Positions 51,231-60,434 of a stretch of 64,000 nt of DNA are shown here, piece by piece. The stretch spans positions 1,322 to 65,321 of the forward strand of contig JBBSBD010000003.1 in assembly GCA_038251675.1 (NCBI GenBank). Reading direction: 5' to 3'. The notes under the pieces were generated by a model. That model did not search any database and was not told the DNA's origin. It worked only from the letters and a program-made list of their open reading frames with translations. Position numbers and translations under genes: made by a program. Origin of the DNA: Chitinophagales bacterium (lineage in GTDB: Bacteria > Bacteroidota > Bacteroidia > Chitinophagales > Chitinophagaceae). Each line of letters begins with the position of its first letter. Positions within the stretch are counted from its first letter, which is position 1.

Positions 51231-53720
51231 CTAATAAATAATTTGAAATTCAGGAAGCAGCAAAACCGCCCAGAACAAATCCTGTATGGAGTTTGTATCC
51301 GGGTTATCACCTAATAGCTTTTTGGCCACTTCATATTCTTTTGGTTGCACTTCCCTGTTAAGCGCCCGCCTGTAAAGTTCTTTAATTATCACATCGCTGC
51401 TCTTAAACTTTTGCTTCCAGTTTTCTGCACCTTTCCTGAGCGCTGAATTAAACCGGTCTCCATTAGTTAGCTCTAGTGCCTGCAACAGGTTTGCCTGAGA
51501 TTCCCGGCTGGTTGCAACTGTCTCCCTGTTCGGCCTGCCCAATGCAGTAAGAAAAGGGTTATTAACTACCAGTGAGGCACGTACGAAAAAATGATTCGAT
51601 GGATCATAACCAGTCTGGCTTTCCGGTTTGTACCCTTCCAGCGAGTCCGGGAAAAGCGGGCCGATGATCATTCCTACTGCATCAGAAAATTGCTCTGCAG
51701 ACATTCTTTTTCTTAATATGCCGGTGAACTTATAATCTGCAGACACAATTTTATCAGGCTCCTTAAACCCAACCGAAGGAAGCTGGTAAGTATTGGAGGT
51801 TGTGATGAGGTATATCAATTCCTTTATATCAGACCCACTCTGCTGGAAATTATACGCCGTCCAGTCCAGCAGATCCTGGCTCCACGGTTCGTTGTCCATC
51901 AAATCAACCGGTTCAACAAGGCCACGGCCCATAAGCTGTGCCCAGATACGGTTTACAATCGTGCGATACAGCCGGCCATCCTGTGGCTTGATAATATTGT
52001 CTGCAAGTTGCGCCAACTTTACTGCTCTTTTAGCCGTACTATCTATCGCACCTAATTGTGGCCAGAGCATCCTTGCGTTAGTGTATTTACCGGTAGGCTT
52101 ATCGCAGCGGTTTATTTCAAGAGAGCTATCGGCAAAAATATTGGCGAATGCATAGGCATCATCCAGTTTCCAATCACTTATAAAACTGTTGTGACAGGAG
52201 GTACATTTTAAGTTAAGCCCGAAAAGAACTTGCGATACATTCTGCGCGGCCTGCAGTTCTGTTCTCTGGCTTGCGTTCACTACGCCACGCCATTTTATAC
52301 CTTCAATAAATCCTTTGGATGAATCAGTCGGGCTTATCAGTTCTTTTACAAACCGGTCATAAGGCTTATTTGATCTTATTGATTTATACAACCAGTTGCT
52401 AATATTATACCGTCCGTTTGTGATATAACCTGTTCCGGTATAGTCATTCCGCAGCGCATCATTCCAAAAGCTGAGCCAATGCATTGCGTAATCGTCGTCC
52501 GTGTTTAAAAGCTGCCTTATCCACAAAGCCCGTTTATCTGGCCGTTTGTCCTTAGTGAAACTCTCCAATTCTTCCGGACCCGGCAGCAAGCCGATGATGT
52601 CCATAGTAGCCCTTCTTAAAAAAGTCTTATCGTCGACAACCTTTGGCCAGGTAATTTTATTTTTACTAAAATACTGATTCGTCCACTTGTCTATTGGATT
52701 AGTGAGATTGCCTGGCGCCCCTGGCAAGGGCGGATTTCTTGGCAAGAGTGCGGCAACCCGGTATATACTTTTTTCAGTTCCTTCCGGCCATGGAGCGCCT
52801 TTCTGTATCCAATAATTTATGATGGCAATATCGGCATCAGGTAATTTTTTTCCTTTGGAAGGCATTGCATCTTTATCATCCGATGGCAGGCTAATGCGCC
52901 GGAATATTTCACTTTCGCCGGGATTACCGGGAACAACCACAGGCCCATCTTTACCTCCCTTAAAAATCATATCTTTCCTGTCAAGCCGTAAGTCACCTTT
53001 AATCTTTTCTGCACTGTGGCATTTGTAACAATTATGCGCCAGTATAGCCCTTACTTCTACATTTAATTCCAACACCTGCTTCTTGGTTAATTGGGCAGTA
53101 TCATTTTTAAAGGAAGCCAAATTAAAATTGCTTGCCCTTGGACCGGTATAATCAGGGCTCCAGGGAAGTGCCGCCGTGAGGTAATCCTTGCCGTGAGTGA
53201 TGGATGCGCCGAAGTGCCCCGCAATGGATACGGCAATTGCAGTAAAAAACAATATGCCGCGATACAACTTTATCTGGCTTGCCTGTTTTCTTTCCTGGAT
53301 CTTTCTTAAAAGGGCCCAGGCAATAGCAGCCAGCACCCCTGTAGCAATACCAGCCCACTTGTGTATATCAATAATATCCTGGCCGTAGTTGCCTTCCCTC
53401 GCCAGCAACAATCCAAACACCACAGAAAGTACAGCAGACATCGCACCCAATGCTACCAGCAGGTTGATTCCGGGGCGCAGATTTGATGAAAAGTTTTTGA
53501 GGGTAAAAAGCTCGAGTATGGCGGCTACAAGTATGAGGCAAACCGGAAAATGAACCGCCAGGGGATGAAGTCTGCCTAAAAATCTCCAAACCCAAAACAT
53601 GTCTGAACTAGCAGAGCCCGAAGAAACAGTTTCCGCAAACCCATTATAGACCATCATGCTAATCACTAAAATGGCAATGACTACAAAGGTTTTCTTTTTA
53701 CCGGAAAATATATTTCTCAT
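51231..53720 (-). CDS. Membrane-anchored planctomycete-type cytochrome c protein (DUF2231-like TM + PSCyt1 + DUF1549/DUF1553)
   Basis: LHPLAVHFP, GHFGASITHG, CYKCH, FLRR...DIIGLLP, CTSCH, VNRIW..LMGRGLV; start set at ATG 53720 because the -7 box lies at 53739-53746. Confidence 0.85.
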   Translation of the reverse strand: MRNIFSGKKKTFVVIAILVISMMVYNGFAETVSSGSASSDMFWVWRFLGRLHPLAVHFPVCLILVAAILELFTLKNFSSNLRPGINLLVALGAMSAVLSVVFGLLLAREGNYGQDIIDIHKWAGIATGVLAAIAWALLRKIQERKQASQIKLYRGILFFTAIAVSIAGHFGASITHGKDYLTAALPWSPDYTGPRASNFNLASFKNDTAQLTKKQVLELNVEVRAILAHNCYKCHSAEKIKGDLRLDRKDMIFKGGKDGPVVVPGNPGESEIFRRISLPSDDKDAMPSKGKKLPDADIAIINYWIQKGAPWPEGTEKSIYRVAALLPRNPPLPGAPGNLTNPIDKWTNQYFSKNKITWPKVVDDKTFLRRATMDIIGLLPGPEELESFTKDKRPDKRALWIRQLLNTDDDYAMHWLSFWNDALRNDYTGTGYITNGRYNISNWLYKSIRSNKPYDRFVKELISPTDSSKGFIEGIKWRGVVNASQRTELQAAQNVSQVLFGLNLKCTSCHNSFISDWKLDDAYAFANIFADSSLEINRCDKPTGKYTNARMLWPQLGAIDSTAKRAVKLAQLADNIIKPQDGRLYRTIVNRIWAQLMGRGLVEPVDLMDNEPWSQDLLDWTAYNFQQSGSDIKELIYLITTSNTYQLPSVGFKEPDKIVSADYKFTGILRKRMSAEQFSDAVGMIIGPLFPDSLEGYKPESQTGYDPSNHFFVRASLVVNNPFLTALGRPNRETVATSRESQANLLQALELTNGDRFNSALRKGAENWKQKFKSSDVIIKELYRRALNREVQPKEYEVAKKLLGDNPDTNSIQDLFWAVLLLPEFQIIY

Positions 53721-53738
53721 ATTAGTTTTCAATCACTG

Positions 53739-53746
53739 CAAATATA
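53739..53746 (-). promoter_or_regulatory. Sigma-A -7 element (TATATTTG)
   Basis: Exact match 18 nt before the ATG at 53720. Confidence 0.55.
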
Positions 53747-53787
53747 AAATAAGCAAAAAAAGCGCAAGCAAAGAAAAAATTCACGTG

Positions 53788-54225
53788 TCATAATCCTAAC
53801 ATCGGTAACCGCTTTACCTCATGATAGGTTAAGCCAACCTTGATGCAATTTTTTAATTCATTTTCCGGAATTACATCGTTCATCTGAAAAACGATGGCCC
53901 TGGTTCCTTGATATTTAAATATGTCACTGTAAACTGTTTTGAAGGTTGGTACCAACTTACTTGTGCATTTGAAGTATATGGCATACTGGTCCGGTGTTTT
54001 CTTCTTCCAGTCAATTCTTATAGTACTTCCATTCTTAACCAGGTAGCTGGGTTCACCCCATTTCAAGGTTTCTTCCAGGTTTGTTATTCCCTTTATTTCG
54101 TTTGCCGCTTCTATCAACAATCTCCGCAGGTTTACTATTTTCTTTCGAACTGAACCGGGATAATTATTGAAAACAGATTCAACTTCAGGGCTTGTTGTTA
54201 TTTTTAATTTTTTCATTTGTTTCAT
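53788..54225 (-). CDS. DUF1801 (YdhG-like) protein
   Basis: LRRLL, EETLKWGEPSY, GSTIRIDW, ALTYH-like end. Confidence 0.82.
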   Translation of the reverse strand: MKQMKKLKITTSPEVESVFNNYPGSVRKKIVNLRRLLIEAANEIKGITNLEETLKWGEPSYLVKNGSTIRIDWKKKTPDQYAIYFKCTSKLVPTFKTVYSDIFKYQGTRAIVFQMNDVIPENELKNCIKVGLTYHEVKRLPMLGL

Positions 54226-54685
54226 TTGTGTATGGATGCCACCTCAAATTCTTGCAAGGCTGCCTGGCAATTAGCGGTTTTTGACGGATTAATAAGTATC
54301 ACCTAATTCAACTGCTTCTTTCGCTCCGCTATACTCCCAATATTATTTTTATGTTCAAAAACCTCATCGTGAAATTAATAATTACGTTCATACGTAAATG
54401 TACAAATCTTGTTACACAGGCACACGTGTTAAGTTCATTTTCATTAACACCGCAATCGTTCGTGCATGTGACAAGCTATAAGTTATTGTACCAATTGTTG
54501 AGTGGAGAAAAAAGCAAGAATTAACAGAACTCTATTCAATTAATGCTACAGGCTTAAACTTACGCCAGCCACTATCTATAATGAGGATAAACTTTTGGAA
54601 TAGTGCGGAAAAATTATTTTTTATCAGATCAGCAAACCTTTAGCACTCTTTTTCTGTTTAAACAGAAAATCAAATCAAAAACATT

Positions 54686-55234
54686 ATGAAAAAGAAATTT
54701 TTTTTAATTCTTACAGTTGCTGCCTTTGGCTCAACCACCTTGCTGTCATTTAATACAGGAATAGCAAAGAATGCTAAATCCAGTACTGAAGTTGCAAAAG
54801 AAAAGGCAATATTACCTGTTGCTGCAAAAGACATTGTTGACATCGCGGTAGGCTCGCCCGATCACACAACGCTAGTAGCAGCATTAGGCGCAGCAGGCCT
54901 CGTGGAAACATTAAAAGGCAAAGGTCCGTTTACGGTATTTGCCCCTATCAACGCAGCTTTTGATGCACTCCCGGCAGGCACAGTTGAAACTTTATTAAAA
55001 CCTGAAAACAAAGGTGACTTAACTAAAATCTTAACCTACCATGTAGTAGCGGGTAATGTAAAAGCTGCTGATCTGAAAGATGGTCAGGTAATAAAAACTT
55101 TACAAGGTGAAGAATTAAAAGTTAGCATCAAAGATGGTAAAGTGATGATCAACGGTGCTAATGTAACAGCCGCCGACCTCGAAGGAACTAACGGCGTTGT
55201 ACATGTTATAGATGCAGTCTTATTACCTAAATAA
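54686..55234 (+). CDS. Fasciclin (FAS1) domain secreted protein
   Basis: [31 protein letters not shown]. Confidence 0.95.
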   Translation: MKKKFFLILTVAAFGSTTLLSFNTGIAKNAKSSTEVAKEKAILPVAAKDIVDIAVGSPDHTTLVAALGAAGLVETLKGKGPFTVFAPINAAFDALPAGTVETLLKPENKGDLTKILTYHVVAGNVKAADLKDGQVIKTLQGEELKVSIKDGKVMINGANVTAADLEGTNGVVHVIDAVLLPK

Positions 55235-55416
55235 AAAATTTTATTAATTAGCAGTCAGCCAAAGGGAGTGACAAATGTTGCTCTCTTTTTTTCTCCTTCA
55301 ACAGACCTAAGCTTTCACCTTTTAATGAACCTACTCAACGTTTACCGATACGCATTTATCCGGAGAGGAAAATATCAGAATTAACACGCTAAATTGTTTG
55401 GCGAAAGTTTTTCAGT

Positions 55417-56052
55417 TCATGTCATGTGAGAGCCCAAACACAGGAGGCTCCTTCGGATGCTGAAGATACCTAGCGATCCGTAAAAATTTTCTTCATTCAT
55501 TTCCAGAACTTCTCCTGGTTTCAAATTGTGCAAAGTAACATCACTTATAGATAAGCGAATGAGCCGAAGACACCGGTGCCGTGCCGCCAATACCATTTTG
55601 CGTACCTGGCGATATTTGCCTTCTGCAAGTGTGATGAGCAGCCAGGTATGTGGCCAGGCTTCCCTATGATCTGTGGCATAAGGATAATAAGATGTGGCGT
55701 CGTCTATTCGTTTTACCTCTGCAGGCTTGGCCACATAATTTTCACCGTTCTTTATCTTAATAGTGATGCCTGTTTTTAGTAACTCCAGAGTTGCCTCAGA
55801 CAATTTATTTTGCACCATCACCAGGTAAGTGCGCAGGTGCGGAACATCGCCCGAAAATAATAAACGTGTAGCACGTTTATCCGTAGTTAATAATAGCAGT
55901 CCTTCAGAATCTTTATCCAGCCGACCCAAAGCATGTGTGCCGGGGGGAAATGTAAAGTGCAAATCGCCCAATAACACTACATCATGGGTACTTACAAACT
56001 GCGACACCATATTGCGGGGTTTATTTAATAGAAAATAACGGTGCATACGCAA
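55417..56052 (-). CDS. rRNA pseudouridine synthase (RsuA/RluE family)
   Basis: LNKP, GRLDKDSEGLLLLTTD, EGKYRQVRKM, LRLIR. Confidence 0.92.
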   Translation of the reverse strand: MRMHRYFLLNKPRNMVSQFVSTHDVVLLGDLHFTFPPGTHALGRLDKDSEGLLLLTTDKRATRLLFSGDVPHLRTYLVMVQNKLSEATLELLKTGITIKIKNGENYVAKPAEVKRIDDATSYYPYATDHREAWPHTWLLITLAEGKYRQVRKMVLAARHRCLRLIRLSISDVTLHNLKPGEVLEMNEENFYGSLGIFSIRRSLLCLGSHMT

Positions 56053-56256
56053 AAATGAGAAAACAATTTGAGAGGAGGATACATTTTTTAATCCTGCAAT
56101 TGTTGATAATCTTCACATTTTTTTGGAAATAGGGAAAAAATTAGAATTAATGCTTGTTAGAATTATCTAATAAATGCCTCTTTTTTATTCATATCAATGC
56201 CGACCCCCGAGCCAATCTTAGGCTCACTGCAGTAACCAAAGCAGCCGGTATTTATT

Positions 56257-56670
56257 CTAATGAGATAGGGTAAAATATGCTTTTGGATTTTCATCGTTCG
56301 GCCCATTTATAGAGGGATAAGGTTTCAAATCGGCAAAAACAATACGGTAGCCATTAATAATAGTGTCGCTTGTATAACCTAAATCGGGAAATCCCGTCAA
56401 CGACATAACAAAGCTATGCGTGGTGGTTGCTTCATGAAAGCTTATTTTAATCAATGCTGTTCCTTGCCAAGCGCATACAGCTCCTGCAGGACATCGGCTG
56501 TCCATTATTAAAGAATCAAAACAAATAAATGGCAATGCTGTCTTTTCCATACACTTGTAAAGTGTTACTGAATTTGCCTCAGAGTCTGCCTTAAAATCAT
56601 TTTTTTTACATCCAAAAGAGAATGCTATCAGCAGGATAAATATCAGCCACGTAAAAGATTTCTTTTTCAT
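56257..56670 (-). CDS. Hypothetical lipoprotein
   Basis: Lipobox SFG-C KKND; DSRCP.G..C.W.G motif. Confidence 0.75.
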   Translation of the reverse strand: MKKKSFTWLIFILLIAFSFGCKKNDFKADSEANSVTLYKCMEKTALPFICFDSLIMDSRCPAGAVCAWQGTALIKISFHEATTTHSFVMSLTGFPDLGYTSDTIINGYRIVFADLKPYPSINGPNDENPKAYFTLSH

Positions 56671-56868
56671 AAAATTGCTTTAATACCGCGTTGACATTTT
56701 TTATGTGAATAGCGTTGCATGGTGTTTCGATTATCTCAACACGGAAATGAATAATGAGGAGATCAAATCGCGGTATGGGCGCCACTGTACATGCAAAAGA
56801 ACTACTACTATTCTTTATATTTTTTAATGAAGTGTTCTTTTAAAACCTGGCTGGAAAGTCGGAAGAAA

Positions 56869-57819
56869 TCAGCTTCCTTGTGAGCCATAGTCACTGAGCG
56901 TTTCCTGGTAAGTTTCTTTTTTTGACCTGCGATTGAAAAACTTGCGTATTCCGCCACCAATTGCCGCTAACCCTATTAAAATGAATTTCCAGGCTGCGAG
57001 TAAAAATTTTCCTATGATGGCGAAGAACCCAGTCTTGGCCAGGATACCACCCGCTACCAAAGCCCCAATTCCATATTCCGCTACTTTATCAGTATTAGAA
57101 TTAAAATCTACATAACGGTTGCCGGCAGTAAATTCCGGAATCTTCAATACTTTATCAATATTGGCTTTTACTAATGCAAGTTCATTCATGTCTGCCACCG
57201 CATTCAATGATAAAATTCCTTTTCTTCCAAGCACTCTTACTTCATAATTGAGTGTGCGCAAACTGTCATCGCCAAATTGTAATTCTTTCGCCCAGTGCAA
57301 TACTTTGAACTGTTTATCATAATAGGGATCCTGTGCCCAGCCAATTATATGGATAGCTTCGTAACCCTCTTTTTTCCTATTTGCATTTTCCTCTGCTTCG
57401 GAGGATTTAATATCACTGAGCATTTGCTTATAATCAATTTTATCAGCCTCATCGTCTTTTACATATCCCGCTTCCTCATAGGTTACAATAAAGGCATAAC
57501 TGCTTTCCTCAAGTGGACCAGAGTTGGCCGGAAAGATCATACCTAATACATCCGTACGGGGAGGGTTGCCCCAAAGATCGTGCAGTACATAATTGCTTTC
57601 CTTACTGTCCAGGAACTTGTAATCTGTACCGAGGTTAAGATTGGCAATACCTTTTGAGATAGTTATACTGTTGGTTTGCCAATGGAATGATGCATTTACA
57701 GAATCGATAAATTTAGCATGCTCATCAAGTTCAATGCTTAGAGAGTCTTTATCATTTTTCGCATAGGTGGCGGAACTCACCAGGAAGAGTCCAAACAGAA
57801 AGGGAAGGAATTTTTTCAT
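56869..57819 (-). CDS. DUF2167 family membrane-anchored protein
   Basis: WGNP, GYVKD, GWAQ.P.YD, LHWAKEL, LNY.VR.LGR.G, DKVAEYGIGALVAGG; C-terminal TM. Confidence 0.88.
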   Translation of the reverse strand: MKKFLPFLFGLFLVSSATYAKNDKDSLSIELDEHAKFIDSVNASFHWQTNSITISKGIANLNLGTDYKFLDSKESNYVLHDLWGNPPRTDVLGMIFPANSGPLEESSYAFIVTYEEAGYVKDDEADKIDYKQMLSDIKSSEAEENANRKKEGYEAIHIIGWAQDPYYDKQFKVLHWAKELQFGDDSLRTLNYEVRVLGRKGILSLNAVADMNELALVKANIDKVLKIPEFTAGNRYVDFNSNTDKVAEYGIGALVAGGILAKTGFFAIIGKFLLAAWKFILIGLAAIGGGIRKFFNRRSKKETYQETLSDYGSQGS

Positions 57820-58190
57820 ACAGTTAGTTTTTGGGAAACAAATAAAACTAGTTATTCCGGCATTTTATAGTATTCAGAAAAATATATTTTGAGGGGGATG
57901 TTTCAATCTTCTATTGGTGCAAAAGACCGCTTGTTAGATTGACGAACCGTAACATTATGAAAACACTTCTCGCGGCAAGCAAAAGCTGTCAGGGTTATTA
58001 CACTTTAGAGTATTTAACGGAAACTTCTTTTCAATCCGTTTTATAAGCGGAAGCTTACGCCGACCCTATGCTAGCAGTGAAAATAGACCTGGCTAACCCC
58101 GCTTTAACATTGAGAATAGCTTGCACAAAAGGCGGGAATTGTGTATGTTGTTAAAATATTTACTATATTTCAAAGTATATAATCTCCAAT

Positions 58191-59228
58191 ATGAGCATTA
58201 CCACCATTAGTTTCCCAAGCGTTTTTGAGACAGCGTTCGGCAATTCGGAAAATTCGGCAAAAGACCTGGTCAACGGTCTTAAAGTAAAGAGAGAAGATGA
58301 TTGGTTTTTAGTTGGAAATCTCGCCAGGAAAGGCGCTGTTAACGCCGGAAGGATCGTAAATGCATCACCGACAGAAGAAGACTTTGATGTACTTTTCAGA
58401 TCTTCCATTGTAAGTATACTTGAAAAAGTGCAGCAGCCGTTTGCCATTACAATAGGATTTCCCTTTTCCACCTACAACGTTTACAAAGCTGCTGCAGAAC
58501 AGTACCTGGGCAAAAGGCATTTCATGGTTGAGTTTGATACTCGTACTTATAACAGAAACGGGTCTATAAGAAAAAATACTTTTGAAGTGGATATGTATGA
58601 GGTGGTACCCGAAATTGTTGGAGGCATTATTGGCATTAAGAAAACTTTTCCTAATGCTGAAAAAGAAAATTTTATTGCATTGAGCTTTGGTTTCGGCACT
58701 ATGGAAGGGGCTATGGCTACTACAGATGGATTGATACACCGCACCAGTTTTAGTTCGCATGGGATCAGGTATGTGGTGGCAAATCTTACGAGGGAAATGG
58801 GACAGAAACATTACCTCGAGATGAAAAACGAGCACCAGATGGATGAGGCTTTTATGAAGGGCTCTCTTTTTACAAACCGCAAACGTATAGATATTGGCGA
58901 TTTACGCAAAGAAATGCTTGCGCAATATTATAAAGAAGTTGTCTCCCCATTAATGCGTAAATATTTTACGGATGCAGATCTTGAAATCTGCGATAAGATA
59001 TATCTTATGGGTGGAGGAGCTAATTATAAAGAGCTGTCAAATGCTGTTGCCGAAGAGTTTTCGGGTTTCATACCGGTTGAAGTTGTACCCCATCCTGAAT
59101 CTATTATCAGTGTTGGCTACCTGCATAATTCATTGCGAATTTCTGATCTCAACGAGTCGCGCAGTATAGGAATAGACCTGGGCAACGCAACCACAGCCAT
59201 TTCTTTTTTTGACAATATTGCCGTTTAA
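58191..59228 (+). CDS. ParM/StbA-like actin-fold ATPase, apparently circularly permuted
   Basis: FPS at N-terminus, VG..A, GFP, VVPE (138-141), ALSFGFGT (phosphate-2-like), IYLMGGGA (270-277), SVGY, and IGIDLGNATT at residues 326-335. Confidence 0.8.
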   Translation: MSITTISFPSVFETAFGNSENSAKDLVNGLKVKREDDWFLVGNLARKGAVNAGRIVNASPTEEDFDVLFRSSIVSILEKVQQPFAITIGFPFSTYNVYKAAAEQYLGKRHFMVEFDTRTYNRNGSIRKNTFEVDMYEVVPEIVGGIIGIKKTFPNAEKENFIALSFGFGTMEGAMATTDGLIHRTSFSSHGIRYVVANLTREMGQKHYLEMKNEHQMDEAFMKGSLFTNRKRIDIGDLRKEMLAQYYKEVVSPLMRKYFTDADLEICDKIYLMGGGANYKELSNAVAEEFSGFIPVEVVPHPESIISVGYLHNSLRISDLNESRSIGIDLGNATTAISFFDNIAV

Positions 59229-59252
59229 AAAAGCGCATTAATCATTAACACT

Positions 59253-59798
59253 TTGCTGAAACTGGAAAACATATTGGATGTGTCACTCAGGGGAGGTTTC
59301 TTTGTGCCTAAGGGAACGGAAATTACCGGCACGTTCACTGCTGACAAATCAGGCAAAATTGCCGGAACTGTTAATGGAGATGTGTTTGTAAAGGGTAAGG
59401 TTACTATACTTAAAGAGGCGGTAATATGTGGAGATATTTATGCATCCCAAGTGATAGTCTATGGAAAAATATCCGGCGATATAAAATGCACAGGCAAAAC
59501 CATCCTTGAACCGGGCGCCTACATACGGGGTGATATTACCACAGTGGAAATACATGTAGAAAAGGATACCACTCTTGAAGGAGTTATTAAAAAATTCAGC
59601 ACAGAAACTGCTGATACCACTCCTGTTAATATCACGACCACTAATACATCTGTCTCTAATACCGCTACTAATAATGATGATCCTGCTATTGAAGCAGAAC
59701 CTAACGAATCCGAACTACCAGAGAACATAACCAGCAAAGCTCCCGCTCCAAAACAAACGCTCACCGACGAAAACGCAAACTCGCAGTCATGGTTTTGA
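59253..59798 (+). CDS. Bactofilin (polymer-forming cytoskeletal protein) with disordered C-terminal tail
   Basis: Beta-helix repeats GTEITG, GTVNGDV, ICGDI, YGKISGDI, IRGDI, LEG; TTG start 24 nt after the ATPase stop. Confidence 0.88.
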   Translation: MLKLENILDVSLRGGFFVPKGTEITGTFTADKSGKIAGTVNGDVFVKGKVTILKEAVICGDIYASQVIVYGKISGDIKCTGKTILEPGAYIRGDITTVEIHVEKDTTLEGVIKKFSTETADTTPVNITTTNTSVSNTATNNDDPAIEAEPNESELPENITSKAPAPKQTLTDENANSQSWF

Positions 59799-60434
59799 TT
59801 TTTTCGCAAGTGTAAATAGTTCGCTACTTTTATTAACGGTGAAGTATATACGATTATTTTTTCAAAAGTTTTAAGAACGTATTCCTTGAAACCGCCGGGT
59901 GATATTTCATTAGGCAGTCCCTGGTCGAATATTTTATAGTCTCCTCTATGGATAGTGCTTTAAAATAAAGTAACCCCTCCTTATTTATTCAAAAGAAATT
60001 CAATAGAACAAGTTCAGGACAACAGCTCTTTCATTATGCAGGATTTCTGTAAATAGCATTTCGCACATGATGATTAAAGATGGTCTTTTAAGACACTAAT
60101 GAACTTCCCGGAACGTTACAAAATTTACAAGCCGTAATTTTTTTAAGTTTTCCTTCACTAAATTAACGGCCACCTTTGGCAGTGCTTTAAAAATCTTCTG
60201 TTAATTTCATTGCATAAATATGGAAGTGGGTTTTCAATACCATTTCATGATGCATTTATAAATCAAACCCGCTTCTGCCTATAAAAGACAGTTTTTACTT
60301 TAAACTACACTACCGGGACACGAAAATTTACTAAAGAAAAATTTAAGGAAATATTGTATATGCTGTAAGTAGCCGTATGCATTTTTTTGTGTCGAACAAC
60401 ATTATTTACTACCAGTTAAAACAAAAGTATAGCC

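Noticed and set aside
57820-60434. parC-like centromere or ParR partner for the ParM-like ATPase
   Set aside because: No iterated direct-repeat array and no small DNA-binding ORF is visible on either side.
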